A DNA stretch of 64,000 nt from Histomonas meleagridis 2922-C6/04-290x (GCA_020184695.1 JAANOX010000278.1:372001-436000); one strand, 5' to 3'; counted from the first letter of the stretch, positions 9,889 to 21,458 are shown. Translations and numbers: made by a program. The notes: generated by a model from the letters alone, not told the origin.

Positions 9889-11181
9889 TCAATTATGATA
9901 ATTTTCTTCTTCGATGCATTCTTCGATTGACAAAGGCTCACTATTTAGCAAACGATTTTCCAGTCGTTTCAACACGCGCTTTCCTTTCACTGAGTCGAAA
10001 TCGAAATCCAAAAAATTTTCTTGTATCGAATCAATGAAAGTCAGCAAATCATTTTCCAATTCCACTTGTCTTAATGTTAAATATGGATGGTCCAACAAAT
10101 CTTTAATTTTCGGCCTTTTCTTAGGGTCTCTAATTAAACAGCTTTTCATGACATCTAACAATGGTACTATGTCAGGTCTATCAACAAAAGGAAATTCGAT
10201 TTTATATTTCGGATCACATATCGCAGATATTTTTTGGAACAATTCCTGCTGAGGAAATGGTGGCCTATTGTACACTAATTGGTATAAAATACATCCAAGT
10301 GACCATACATCAGCTGGTCGGCCTTGTCTGATACGACCACCTTTATGTGCATCAATTGGTCGTTTCTGTAAGGACTCTGGTGACATGTAATTAATTGTCC
10401 CTACTTGATGTGCGCGTTCAATTGATGTGGTATCGTCGTATGGTGAGATAGATTTGGCAATACCAAAATCAATAAGTTTAAGTGTACCACCTGCAAATAG
10501 AAAATTTGCTGGTTTTAGATCTCCGTGAACAACATTAGCTGAGTGAACAGCTGAAACGGCTTCAAGCATTTCTTGCCATATGATTCGAAGGAAGTTGGGA
10601 TCAACATCTTCGTTTTCGAGACGATTCTTTGCTATAAGTGAAGCAAGATCTATATCTCCAAGCTCAAGAATTATGAAGATTTTACCTTCATTTATGTTGA
10701 CTTCACTGTCTATAAGCTTAATAATACGATTGGAAGTTTGAAGGATTTGAAGAAGTTGGATTTCATTGATAAAAGAATCAACTATGTATTTATCTGATAA
10801 TGAAATGTTGACTTCTTTGACTGCATAAATCTCTGAGTCTAGTGAAAGAACTTTGTAAACAGTGGAACTGCCACCCTTACCTATTTGTTTTAGTTTTAAA
10901 TATGGTCGATTATTGATCATTAGAATATTATTCGGATTTAAAAGAGAATTCATCTCTGGATCATTATCAACTGATTGTGCAAGATCATGTCCTTTATCAA
11001 TGGAAAGGACACGAGTGGGTTTCTGTTGAAAAAGACCTTTTTCGGATCCAATTGGCTTGATAAAACTTTGAATAGAAGAGGAAAAAGAAACATCAGTTTC
11101 TTCCATTTGTTCATATGATGAAAAAGAAGGGTTATATGAATATTGTTTTGAGTCTGTACGTGATTTCTGTTTACTTTTCAT
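9889..11181 (-). CDS. MPS1: TTK/Mps1 family protein kinase
   Basis: GKGGSSTVYKV, HGDLKPANFL, IDFGIAKSI, VGTINYMSPE, DVWSLGCILYQLVY: Mps1-type signature. Confidence 0.85.
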   Translation of the reverse strand: MKSKQKSRTDSKQYSYNPSFSSYEQMEETDVSFSSSIQSFIKPIGSEKGLFQQKPTRVLSIDKGHDLAQSVDNDPEMNSLLNPNNILMINNRPYLKLKQIGKGGSSTVYKVLSLDSEIYAVKEVNISLSDKYIVDSFINEIQLLQILQTSNRIIKLIDSEVNINEGKIFIILELGDIDLASLIAKNRLENEDVDPNFLRIIWQEMLEAVSAVHSANVVHGDLKPANFLFAGGTLKLIDFGIAKSISPYDDTTSIERAHQVGTINYMSPESLQKRPIDAHKGGRIRQGRPADVWSLGCILYQLVYNRPPFPQQELFQKISAICDPKYKIEFPFVDRPDIVPLLDVMKSCLIRDPKKRPKIKDLLDHPYLTLRQVELENDLLTFIDSIQENFLDFDFDSVKGKRVLKRLENRLLNSEPLSIEECIEEENYHN

Positions 11182-11452
11182 CTGATTTTTTAAACGTGCG
11201 AGAAAAATCGAACAAAGTTTCTGAAATTAAGCAAAACAGTTTTTATAAAAACCTCATGAAGACCGTTAATCAAAAGTGACGTTTGGATCGTTTTCTATTC
11301 AATTATTTGCCTTTGGTGAAATCTTCCTGTATAATAAACTATTCAAACTCCAAAAAGTACGATATGAGGCCGTTTGTTTTATTTACGGTTTTGACAGTGA
11401 CGGTGTGGAAGAGAGAACACAAATAAAAAATCAAAACAATAGTGCCAATGAC

Positions 11453-14400
11453 ATGATCCAAGAATGGGAATCAATTCTTTGTCAGGATTCCAAATTTACA
11501 GATTTTTCCGATCTTCTTAAATATCTCCATGATAATACCCATTTTTGCAAATGCCAAGCAAACTGGGGGCAAAGTCAACTACACATTTTATGCGAAGATT
11601 GCACATTAATAAAAGGCGGATGTGTTTGTCTCCAATGTTTTTTAAATGGAAACCATGAAGGTCATTCCATTTATATTTCTACAACTGGCAGTGGAAATTG
11701 TGATTGTGGTGATCAATTCCAATGGAAGTCATCTGGTAATTGCATTCTTCATAATCACCAAAATGAATCCGAGATTCCCTCATCAATATCAAATCTTCTT
11801 CAACAAATTTTTGATTCTGCTGCTTTACATCTTCCCATTTTTCTCAAGGGGGATTCAAATGATGCCATTACGTTAATTGAATGGCTTTTACGAATCTGTG
11901 AAATTGGCGATTCATATGTAAGTTTAATTGTTACTTCATTAAGCAAAGGGAACATATACACAGATATTATTGATTCCTGTTTTGATGCTGATCCTAAATC
12001 TATCTATTCACTTGCAGAATTATTTGGCTGTTGTGTTAATGATAGTAAATTTAAGTTCACGTTTGGCCATGTATATTTTAACAATCTCTATAAAATCATA
12101 AAATATATATATGAAAAGATCAAAAACGGAAATTATGAACATAAAAAATTGGTTCCATTAATGAATTTAGGTTTTCATTTTTCAGCTGATTATTTGTTTC
12201 AATATTATTCTGAGCATTATAAATTTGATTTTTGTAAATGTTTTTTAGATACATTGAAACTATATCAACAAAAACAATTATCACTTGCACATGATAAAAA
12301 TTTATTTAAAGAATGCATATTTAACAAAGGTGATTTTCCATTTTTTGATTCATTTGAAATAATTTTATCAAATGAAACTTTTAAAAATGAACGCCAACGA
12401 ATTTTGGATGGTTTAACTGATATAGTTTTAGATGAAAATGCAATTTTATATACAAATATTAAAGAAGGTTCAGAAGATTTACGTTTTATTTTATTTAACA
12501 TTTATAACTTTAGATTTGTGAATGTATTTAAAGGATTTGAGAAATGTGAAAATTTAGAAATTAAATTTTCTATTATAAAATTCGAAAGTTATTTCAAATC
12601 AATTTATATTGATGATAAAATTAATGATTCATTATTTAATGGATGTTCTATTTCTTTATATTTTCCTCCGTTTTTCTTATTAAAGTCTTTATTATTACAA
12701 CCAAAGGAAAACATTAAAACAATTTTAAATGATAATATTAATGATGTTGATAACTTTTTATTACTTTCTTCTTTAAATGTACAACGTGTATTACTTTCAT
12801 TAGATCTTTATCGCCATCAAGAAGCAACTTGTTGTTACGGGTTATCAACATTCTTAAAATATACATTTATTATGAATACTTATTCCGATTTATTTGTCTT
12901 AATGCAGATTTGTCTTGGATTAACTCAAAACAAAGAAAAAATGATTAATACAATTGCACATACTATTGGAATATTTGATGAAACAGTACAAAAGGATAAA
13001 ATAATTTATTTTATTTTTATTCATTTTATTTCGACTTTAATATTTGATCGATTAGAGATTAATGATAATAAAACTGAAAAATTAAATCAAAAATTAATTA
13101 CAAAATTATTATTCCGACAAAAGTTATTTAATTCTTTTAAAGAAATATTTCAATTCGAAGGAATAACTTATCTCAAAAAAATTAAAAATCATTTGGATAC
13201 AATCTCAACTTCTTCTCCTTCACCAAATGGTGTAACATTTAAATTAAAGTCGAGAACTTTATGGGATCCATTAGCACCTATTTATGAATCAAATCAAATA
13301 TTATCGATTTATTCGAAATATATTTCGAAATATCCAAATGAATTAATGCCTTTTAAACCTTTTACTGAAGAACCATTTGGAATGGATTTACATTCATGTT
13401 TAAATGCGCCAACGCTTTTAGCTATCGAATATTATATTTTGTTAAATAAATATTCGCAAGAAACAAATCAACTTATAATAAATCTTTTATTAACAACATC
13501 GAAATTTTATTCGAAAAAATCAAATAAAAATTTAGAAAATATAATTATCGTAAAAAATATTGAAGAATTAATTACGAAAATTCCAAATGATTTCGAATCT
13601 TTAATGTATCAAAAATATCAACTCCAAAATTATTCACCAAAATCATTTGTCGATTTAATAAGTGAATTAGGTCCAATTGGACAAAATGCACTTATGCAAA
13701 TGAATATTTCATATGAAATACCAAAAACAAATGAAACTAAAACAACAAATAATAAATTAAAAGATTTAAAGTCATCAATTCTTCAATCATTTAATAACAA
13801 AATGGAACAATTTGAAAAAGATAATAATTTCGATTTTGATGAAAGTGATTCAGCAGAAGATAATGAACAATGTTCTGCATGTAGAACTAATGATAATGAA
13901 ATTCTTTGTTATCCACTTTATATGTATAATTCGACAATACCTTTGGAATATGATAATTATGGAACAATTGAACAAATAAAATGTTTTACTTTATGTACAC
14001 ATTTAGTACATAAAAAATGTTTACATGATATATGTCCCGTCGATAGATATTTACGTAATATATGTTTACCGAAACTTGATAATCGAAATGATTTGAAAAA
14101 TGAAAATGTATTTAAAGCTGTTAATGATTTCGAAAAATATTTCGTTAATACAAATCAAATTTTTATTTCATTTTGTAGTATATTTATAATTTATGAGTTA
14201 AGATTAAGATCGAATTTATATTGTTTAGAATCGAAGAAATATTTAATATTAACGCGAAATTTCTTTTTAAATTTAAAAGTTATTTTGTTGAAAAGTTCTG
14301 AGTTTAATGTGAAAGCAAATTCGATTTTCCAGAATTTTGTTTTGGATATAATAAAATGTGATTTTCCTGAGAATAAATTTAATGAAATAATGAATAAATA

Positions 14401-15007
14401 TATAAATGAACTTAATGGAGAAGAATTATATTTATTATTAAGACGAATAAGATTATTTGAATATTTTGCTTTAAGTAAAAATGAGGAAAATATTGATTGG
14501 CGAATAGAATTATTAAATGAAAATTTATGTAAAAGATATAATATAAAATATAATGGAAATGAATATAACTTAAAGCCTTTTAGTTTAACAAAACTTCCGA
14601 AAAACTTTTTGCATTTAGGTAAAGAGCCATATAACTTTTGTCGTGAAATTGAGACAAGTGAAAAAGAATATGTCATAAGTCTTCATGATGGAACTTTAAT
14701 TGATAGACCGCAACATTATGAAGGTTCAAAAGATGATATGCATCTTGTAATGATGTTAAATTCTGCGCATTCAAGAACAATTTTGGTGTTTAGACAAAGA
14801 TTTCATCCAGAAGTTCATTTGCTTTTGGTACCATCTGTGTACCTGAACTTATTAGGTAATGAGGATATAGGTTTCCAAAATGGAACTGAATTGTTTCTGT
14901 CGGAGGAAAGATTAAACACGTTAACTGATGACTTTTTATCAGGGGAAATAATAAGACATATACACTATGTATCTTCATCAGCATCCATTGTTAAACCAAC
15001 TAAATAA
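11453..15007 (+). CDS. UBR-box E3 ubiquitin ligase (N-recognin, UBR1-like)
   Basis: UBR box (C..C...CLQCFLNGNHEGH...GNCDCGD), degenerate RING (CSAC...CTHLVH...CPVD) and the C-terminal motif YLNLLGNEDIGFQNGTELFLSEER. Confidence 0.85.
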   Translation: MIQEWESILCQDSKFTDFSDLLKYLHDNTHFCKCQANWGQSQLHILCEDCTLIKGGCVCLQCFLNGNHEGHSIYISTTGSGNCDCGDQFQWKSSGNCILHNHQNESEIPSSISNLLQQIFDSAALHLPIFLKGDSNDAITLIEWLLRICEIGDSYVSLIVTSLSKGNIYTDIIDSCFDADPKSIYSLAELFGCCVNDSKFKFTFGHVYFNNLYKIIKYIYEKIKNGNYEHKKLVPLMNLGFHFSADYLFQYYSEHYKFDFCKCFLDTLKLYQQKQLSLAHDKNLFKECIFNKGDFPFFDSFEIILSNETFKNERQRILDGLTDIVLDENAILYTNIKEGSEDLRFILFNIYNFRFVNVFKGFEKCENLEIKFSIIKFESYFKSIYIDDKINDSLFNGCSISLYFPPFFLLKSLLLQPKENIKTILNDNINDVDNFLLLSSLNVQRVLLSLDLYRHQEATCCYGLSTFLKYTFIMNTYSDLFVLMQICLGLTQNKEKMINTIAHTIGIFDETVQKDKIIYFIFIHFISTLIFDRLEINDNKTEKLNQKLITKLLFRQKLFNSFKEIFQFEGITYLKKIKNHLDTISTSSPSPNGVTFKLKSRTLWDPLAPIYESNQILSIYSKYISKYPNELMPFKPFTEEPFGMDLHSCLNAPTLLAIEYYILLNKYSQETNQLIINLLLTTSKFYSKKSNKNLENIIIVKNIEELITKIPNDFESLMYQKYQLQNYSPKSFVDLISELGPIGQNALMQMNISYEIPKTNETKTTNNKLKDLKSSILQSFNNKMEQFEKDNNFDFDESDSAEDNEQCSACRTNDNEILCYPLYMYNSTIPLEYDNYGTIEQIKCFTLCTHLVHKKCLHDICPVDRYLRNICLPKLDNRNDLKNENVFKAVNDFEKYFVNTNQIFISFCSIFIIYELRLRSNLYCLESKKYLILTRNFFLNLKVILLKSSEFNVKANSIFQNFVLDIIKCDFPENKFNEIMNKYINELNGEELYLLLRRIRLFEYFALSKNEENIDWRIELLNENLCKRYNIKYNGNEYNLKPFSLTKLPKNFLHLGKEPYNFCREIETSEKEYVISLHDGTLIDRPQHYEGSKDDMHLVMMLNSAHSRTILVFRQRFHPEVHLLLVPSVYLNLLGNEDIGFQNGTELFLSEERLNTLTDDFLSGEIIRHIHYVSSSASIVKPTK

Positions 15008-15418
15008 AAATGTCTTCAGTTTGATGTTTATGAAATAAATCGTTATTTAAATTGTTACGTCTATGAAGATATTTTAATAAAATTTTAATGATTGATTTTA
15101 ATAACATGTAAAACTATTTTAATCGAAAAGGATCATTAAATTCACAAAATAATTAAACCATATTTATACAAAAGAACTCTATGAATTAGCATCCAACCTA
15201 AATTTAGTACTAACACCTTATCACCTTGTTGAGCATGCAAAAAATAGGGATTGAGCTCTTTGAAACTAATGATTTGTTATATGATTTATTTGAAATAAAA
15301 TGACAGAAATAATTACATTGAAACAAAACGGTTTTAAAACGAAAAAGTGACAGTTATATACAAAAAATTGTATAGGTTGTTTGAATTCAGCGGTTTGTAG
15401 CAGCTCTAAAAGGAAAAA

Positions 15419-16009
15419 ATGTTTCTTGATAATGATTCCTTGATCCAATTAGGTGTTTTATTTTTAATTCTAGCATTTTATCACATAACTGAATTTGTTT
15501 TAAACTATCTTCATCATCCAAAAGAAACAAATCTTTCTTCTTTTTGCATTTCAAAGGAATCAATATTAGCATATACTGTTGGATTTATTGAATACGCAAT
15601 AGAGAAATATTTTTGGGGCGAGTCAAAATCAAATCTTAAATCTCCTTTCTTTTGGATTGGAATAGTACTTGTAATTATTGGTTTGACTATCCGTTTTACT
15701 GCCATTATAACAGCAGGAAAATCATTCACACACTTAATTGCATATGAAAAAGTTGAAGGTCATGTATTAATAACAGGTGGAATCTACAAATATTTCCGTC
15801 ATCCTTCATATTTTGGCTTTTTGATCTTTGCACCAGCAACACAAATGATACTTCTTAATCCTATTACAACAATTATATTTATCATTGTTACATGGTACTT
15901 TTTCTATGATCGAATTCCAAATGAGGAAAAAGCTCTTCTCGAAATTTTCGGTGACAGTTACAAGAAATATCGCCACAACACTCCAACAAGGATTCCATTC
16001 ATTAAGTAA
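15419..16009 (+). CDS. ICMT: Isoprenylcysteine carboxyl methyltransferase
   Basis: Multi-TM protein with SFTHLI...H.LITGGIYKYFRHPSYFGF and RIPNEEKALLEIFGDSYKKYR (STE14 family). Confidence 0.93.
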   Translation: MFLDNDSLIQLGVLFLILAFYHITEFVLNYLHHPKETNLSSFCISKESILAYTVGFIEYAIEKYFWGESKSNLKSPFFWIGIVLVIIGLTIRFTAIITAGKSFTHLIAYEKVEGHVLITGGIYKYFRHPSYFGFLIFAPATQMILLNPITTIIFIIVTWYFFYDRIPNEEKALLEIFGDSYKKYRHNTPTRIPFIK

Positions 16010-16287
16010 AAGTTAAACGAGTAAAAAAAATTATTGGTAAATTTCATATTATAAGTTTATTTATATGATATACATTTATTTAAAACATCATATTTTTTTA
16101 TGATAAGTGGAAATTAATTTTTGAAGAATTTCACCGCAAATTTTTGAAATTAATACATTTTGATTATTATTCGAATAATTTTAATAAAATCCTAAGTTTT
16201 TTAATTGCATAAATGCATTATTCAATTCGCTCAATATCAAAACAATTCACCTTTGAATAATAAGTTTTCATTAATAATAATATATAT

Positions 16288-17829
16288 TCAATAACGACCA
16301 GGCCTTTGGTAACAATAATGGTCATCTCTGCGTGGTGGGCTTCTTTCTGGTTCTCTTCTTGGAGGTCTTCTATCTTGCTCTGGGTATCGATAATTTTCTC
16401 TATGGTCATAATCATAATCAAAATTCCTTGGATTTGGGTAACGATCATCATAGTGGCCATCGCAGTAATCGTCGTAGTACCTATCATCTGGTGGTCCTTG
16501 TCTATAATATTCATCTCTTGGTGGATAATACTCTGGTGGTCTTCTTGGATACATATTATTTCTTGGACCTCTTTGGAATTCTTCGTATGAATATTCCTCA
16601 TAACGTATTGATTCATACATTGGAAATCTGTCGTTCCATTCGGGGTTTCTATTTTGTTGAGGATAGCGACCGTTAACACTCCTATCACTTTTTTGTCTGA
16701 ATGAATTTTCCTGAAATCTTTTTGGCATATTTTGGGCGCTTTCAAATTGATTCTCTTTTTCTAAGCTATCGGAATATAGTAAATTATTCAATGTTTCCTC
16801 GCTTCGAGTTCTTTGTTTCTTCGGGAATGTAACATTAGCTTTCCTCACTTCCATTTCCATTAAGTCAGCAGGAGGTGGGGGAACTTTTGGTTTATGCTCC
16901 GACCATTGATTATTAAATGTATCGAATGGACCAGCAAAAGATTTTACAAGTTCTAATGGAGGTGGTGGACACATGTTTTCAGGGATATCAACATCTTCCA
17001 AAGGCACGTAATGAAATTTAAGAAGACATGACGGATCTATTGGTGTATCCATTTTGACTTTATCGCGCATTACATTCATCGATTTAAAATAGCCATATAT
17101 CTTCTTGTTCGCTTCTTCAACTTCATTGATGTCGCGGAAAGGAAGAAGTGGTTCGTACCATTTCATTTTATGAGGGTTTATTAGTGGTGCGCCCAACTTT
17201 TCGAATGTGAGATAAACTGATGCTTCAGCTACGATGTCGGGTGGATACTGATAAAAGAGTGGACTACCTTGAAGATCATTAAGAAATCTAAATGACTTTT
17301 CGCAGATTTCTTTTTTGAATTCCAAAAATAATTGATCACTCCTGGAAATATGCCAATGTGTTAAATTGTCTGTAAGGTATTGAACATTTGGATAAGGTAA
17401 AGGGATGTCAAAATGAAAATCTAGTCGATATATAATATCATTTTCTGCTTGGATTAAATTTTTTGTTAAAACTTGCCGGAAATCTGGATCCTTAATCGAA
17501 AGCAATTTAAGACTGGGAACCAAGCTAATAATGTTGCTTTGCTTTTGAGCAGTTTCTAAATCAATAATCATTTTTTGAAGAGATCGTGGTTTATCAAATA
17601 CTTTAGAGGCAAGATGCAAAGAGGCAACTTGAAAGTAAATCAGGCTTATATCATCTTGTCGCTGGCCTTGATATGTTTTTTTAAAATAAAACATTGCTGA
17701 TGCTCGAGCAGGAGGACATGAAAGCTCTGGTGGCTGTTGTGCAAGAAACATTTGAAGGGCTATTGTGCTTTTAGCTATATCTTCGGGAAGTTCGTAGATT
17801 TTGTGCCTTCGCTTGCTGGTTTCTCCCAT
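16288..17829 (-). CDS. Transcription-type cyclin (K/L/T-like) with Arg/Asp/Tyr/Pro low-complexity tail
   Basis: Cyclin box ASLHLASKVFDKPRSL...AENDIIYRLDFHFDIPLPY, a second cyclin fold, and a disordered C-terminus. Confidence 0.75.
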   Translation of the reverse strand: MGETSKRRHKIYELPEDIAKSTIALQMFLAQQPPELSCPPARASAMFYFKKTYQGQRQDDISLIYFQVASLHLASKVFDKPRSLQKMIIDLETAQKQSNIISLVPSLKLLSIKDPDFRQVLTKNLIQAENDIIYRLDFHFDIPLPYPNVQYLTDNLTHWHISRSDQLFLEFKKEICEKSFRFLNDLQGSPLFYQYPPDIVAEASVYLTFEKLGAPLINPHKMKWYEPLLPFRDINEVEEANKKIYGYFKSMNVMRDKVKMDTPIDPSCLLKFHYVPLEDVDIPENMCPPPPLELVKSFAGPFDTFNNQWSEHKPKVPPPPADLMEMEVRKANVTFPKKQRTRSEETLNNLLYSDSLEKENQFESAQNMPKRFQENSFRQKSDRSVNGRYPQQNRNPEWNDRFPMYESIRYEEYSYEEFQRGPRNNMYPRRPPEYYPPRDEYYRQGPPDDRYYDDYCDGHYDDRYPNPRNFDYDYDHRENYRYPEQDRRPPRREPERSPPRRDDHYCYQRPGRY

Positions 17830-18189
17830 TGCACTTTTTACCGGTGGAAAGCACTTTTTTGCTAAAAAAATAACAACAGAAATCTCGATTTATATGCAAA
17901 TTAAACTTTGAATATATAATGAACCACAAGGCATAACAATGGAATAAAATAATTTAAATTGTTTAAAATGTTTTGGATTTGAAATTTAATAATTCATATT
18001 TGGTTACTTAAATTCAATCTTACTAAGAGTTTTTCAAACAGGTTTTAAACTGATTTTTATTTGATAATAAAAGTTGTTTAAATTTTAAAATATATTTCAT
18101 TTCAAGATTTGAAAATTCAAAAATTCGAAAAATTAAAAAATTAAAAACTAAAATTACACTGCAAAAAATAAGAGAATTAAACCACAGAT

Positions 18190-18594
18190 TTATTTTTGTG
18201 GAAACAATGTTTGTCGAATTCCAGCTTGAATTGCTTTTGAAAATTCTTCTATCTTGTAAGGTCCATTTCCTTCTCCAATGATATCTGGTATAAGGTCAAT
18301 ATCAACTCCGAAATTCCTTAAAGCACCTTCAAATTGAGCTCGCGTAATTGTCCCTTTGTTGAATGGATCAAGAACTGTAAACATTGTTTTTATATTATCA
18401 GGAGAAAAACAAATGAATATGGCTTCATTTGAATCACGTGCTTTTTTAATATCTGATAATAACTGTTCAAGAAATGAAACTGGGTCTTCAGGCTGTGAAT
18501 ATGCAATTGCTGTTGTTAGTGCTTGTACTAGTTGTAAAATCCTTTTTTCTTTTATATATTCTTTTGCACTTTCTTCGTTATGGATTTGATTCAT
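18190..18594 (-). CDS. RIIa/DD-domain plus EF-hand protein (EFCAB10-like)
   Basis: EYIKEKRILQLVQALTTAIAYSQPEDPVSFL (docking domain) and MFTVLDPFNKGTITRAQF (EF hand). Confidence 0.75.
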   Translation of the reverse strand: MNQIHNEESAKEYIKEKRILQLVQALTTAIAYSQPEDPVSFLEQLLSDIKKARDSNEAIFICFSPDNIKTMFTVLDPFNKGTITRAQFEGALRNFGVDIDLIPDIIGEGNGPYKIEEFSKAIQAGIRQTLFPQK

Positions 18595-18610
18595 CAAAAA
18601 AACGTATAAA

Positions 18611-18616
18611 AAGTGA
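18611..18616 (-). promoter_or_regulatory. Initiator (Inr) TCACTT
   Basis: Matches the trichomonad TCA(+1)Y(T/A) consensus, just upstream of the ATG at 18594. Confidence 0.55.
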
Positions 18617-19030
18617 CACATGAAAAAATAAATAAAAACTCAATTTCATTAGGATTTTTTCCTTCTTAAATTTACTTCCTATGAAATCCAGATCCACCAT
18701 TTAAGGCCCTTATGTTCTAAAACTTCACTAAAATTTTCCCCTTTAATTTAACTTATTTCAATTATTTATTTGGATTAACTCTTTTTAAAACATATTTTTT
18801 TATACATCCTCTAAGAATTTTTAAAATAATTTACAAAAAACTTTTGATTTGAGATAATTTAACTTTTAAATTATGTTAACGGCCACCAAATATTTTGCCA
18901 TACTTTCATTTTTTGAATCAAATATGATCGAATTTAAAAGTGCATTAACCACCTCGCATATAAAAGTGCCATTTTAACGCCAGAAAAAAGAATTTCGGAG
19001 GTTTACATAATAGTAACAATTTAATTTTTT

Positions 19031-20269
19031 ATGAGTACAATCGGTGATTACAAAGTAATTAAAATTCTTGGCGAAGGTTCATTCTCAAAAGTCAAGCAAG
19101 TCGTACATATTCCGACTGGGAAGCAATATGCTTTAAAGATAATTGACCAAAATTTAATCAGAGAAAATCAAATGGAAACACAATTACAACGTGAAATTGA
19201 TGTCATGTCAAAGATGAGTCATCCTGGTCTCATTAAATTACATGCAGTTATGCATTCTTCAAAGTACATATATTTTGTTCTTGATCTAGCACAAGGCGGT
19301 GAACTTTTCAACAAGCTTGCTCAAGATGGGCCATTACCAGAAGATGCTGCTCGTTCTTATTTTCAACAACTTATTGATGCTCTTGATTATATGCACAAAC
19401 ATAATGCTATTCATCGTGATCTAAAGCCTGAAAATCTTTTACTTGACAACGAAGGTAATTTAAAGATCGCAGATTTTGGTCTTTCCATATTTTCCAATAA
19501 TGAAGACCAAATGCTTCAAACCCGATGCGGTACCCCCAATTATGTAGCTCCAGAAATTCTCTGTGCCGATGGCTATGATGGCCGGCCAGTTGATATTTGG
19601 AGTGCAGGTGTCATATTGTATGTCATGCTTGCTGCCGCCTTACCATTTGATGCTCCGACATTACCAGAGCTTGCACAAGAAATCATTAATGTCAAAATCA
19701 CGTATCCATCCAGCTTTCCGCCAGGTGCTGTTGATCTGATGAAACACATAATTGTTGCCGATCCCAAAGTTCGATACACCATTAAACAAATACGAAAGCA
19801 TCCATGGTTCAGTGTTAATTACAATCGTATCAAAGGAAAAATCAAGAAGAACTCGAAAATTCAGTCTTCGAATGTTACTGAAATCAAGAAAGACAAAGAG
19901 CAACAAAACGAAGGCGAAGGAATTAATGCGTTTGAGCTCTTTGCTAAGATGTCATCTGTTAAAATGGATCGATTAGTTAATAGCGCAGTGCCCGTAAATG
20001 CTTCGACGACATTTTCTTCATCATTACCTATCGATGAGATCAAGAACATAATCAAAGAAACACTAATGAGCATAAATGCACAAATAATGCCAACGAAGGA
20101 AAACAAAAACGTACTAAAGGCTTACGTACAAATCGCTAAAGGTTATGTACACATTAGAATCGAAATTACAGAGGTGCATGGAACGAATTTAATAGAGTTC
20201 AACCGATTAAAGGGAAGCAACTTCGACTTCTTAAGAATTTATAGAATGTTAAAGCAGCGATTGACTTAA
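19031..20269 (+). CDS. CAMK-group kinase, CIPK/SnRK3-like with NAF-like motif
   Basis: Complete kinase domain (HRDLKPENLL, DFGLS, CGTPNYVAPE), then INAFELFAK (NAF/FISL-like) and a KA1-like C-terminus. Confidence 0.85.
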   Translation: MSTIGDYKVIKILGEGSFSKVKQVVHIPTGKQYALKIIDQNLIRENQMETQLQREIDVMSKMSHPGLIKLHAVMHSSKYIYFVLDLAQGGELFNKLAQDGPLPEDAARSYFQQLIDALDYMHKHNAIHRDLKPENLLLDNEGNLKIADFGLSIFSNNEDQMLQTRCGTPNYVAPEILCADGYDGRPVDIWSAGVILYVMLAAALPFDAPTLPELAQEIINVKITYPSSFPPGAVDLMKHIIVADPKVRYTIKQIRKHPWFSVNYNRIKGKIKKNSKIQSSNVTEIKKDKEQQNEGEGINAFELFAKMSSVKMDRLVNSAVPVNASTTFSSSLPIDEIKNIIKETLMSINAQIMPTKENKNVLKAYVQIAKGYVHIRIEITEVHGTNLIEFNRLKGSNFDFLRIYRMLKQRLT

Positions 20270-20455
20270 AATTAAAAATTGATTTGAATAAAATGATTTT
20301 TTCGTGAAATATTTGCAATAAATTATTAAGTTATCGAATAATTATTGTGGCAAACTGATAAATAATATGATACATTTTTTGGAATTTCAATCGTATGGAG
20401 AAATGTAAACGCAAAGAAGAAGAAAAAACAAAAAATTAAAATTAAGGTACTTTAC

Positions 20456-20785
20456 TTAGTATCCCTTGTGATATCTTAAGTTCTCAGAATTTCTTATTTG
20501 ACATGCCTCTAAATAATCTCCAAATGTAGCCTTTCCTCTTTTCATGTCTTCATAAACGCGGTGTTCATAATCAATTGCTTTGTTATATCTTATATAAGAA
20601 TTATCCGTTCGTTCAAAACCTGGATCAGGATTTCTTGTTCTTGAAAAATTCATTCCATACAAATTTTCATTTTCATAAGTAGAGTTTTGTCCAAATGGTT
20701 TTCTATCCAATCCAAATGTTGAATCAACACCAAATGGAGAATCGTTGTTGAAATAAGAGTCAAATGAACTTGAAGCACCCATCAA
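20456..20785 (-). CDS. Hypothetical protein (109 aa)
   Basis: ATG-initiated ORF with G/S/F/N-rich N-terminus; no family recognised. Confidence 0.55.
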   Translation of the reverse strand: MMGASSSFDSYFNNDSPFGVDSTFGLDRKPFGQNSTYENENLYGMNFSRTRNPDPGFERTDNSYIRYNKAIDYEHRVYEDMKRGKATFGDYLEACQIRNSENLRYHKGY

Positions 20786-21033
20786 AAAATGAAGCTTGTA
20801 TCAGCTGGAAAATTTTTTATATTTAAAATCAACTTTTTCTGGGACACCGGACAAAATCACTACGTGCAAATGGAAAATTTTAATTATAAAATTTGCCAAA
20901 GATCTTTGTGCATTCAATTTCTTTATTAAAAAGTGCTTTTCTCAATTTTACAACCATCGACCGTTAATTTGGTGAAAGCTGCAATTGTCTATGCTTGTTT
21001 GACCATCTTTGGCAGACGTCTTTGTGGCGTCTC

Positions 21034-21095
21034 TGCGATGTGATGAAAACTTTCGACTGAAGTCATGATGCAACGTCATAGTTACTCTGATCGCA
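21034..21095 (+). ncRNA. Box C/D snoRNA, probable snR63/SNORD46 equivalent (LSU helix 69 region)
   Basis: Terminal stem TGCGA/TCGCA; box C GTGATGA (21040-46); D' CTGA (21057-60); C' ATGATG (21065-70); D CTGA (21087-90). Guide GTCATAGTTACT is antisense to the conserved LSU sequence AGUAACUAUGAC. Confidence 0.88.
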
Positions 21096-21458
21096 ACCTT
21101 TTTTGTTGTTTGCTGTTTTATAAATGATATTGAATAATATTCATTATTGTATAATTTTGAATAATATTTTTATTGCATACTTGGTAAAAATAAAATAAAG
21201 TACTTCTGGGAATGAATTTCTTATTATGGTTATATCTTAAGTGAACTAGTTTTAGAAAAATATAATAACAAATTCATTAATTTTAATTATGTAGTATAGC
21301 AAATTAAGAGTGCCCTAATAACTAGCAGATAATGTTTAATATTAAGAGTAAAATATGCAACATGTTTTACTAAAAGTTTTGATTCATTGTTTCGTTTTTG
21401 AAATTGAATTGCACTAAACTAAAATTTCGGCGGTCATTGTCACTTTTCCCGGTATTTA

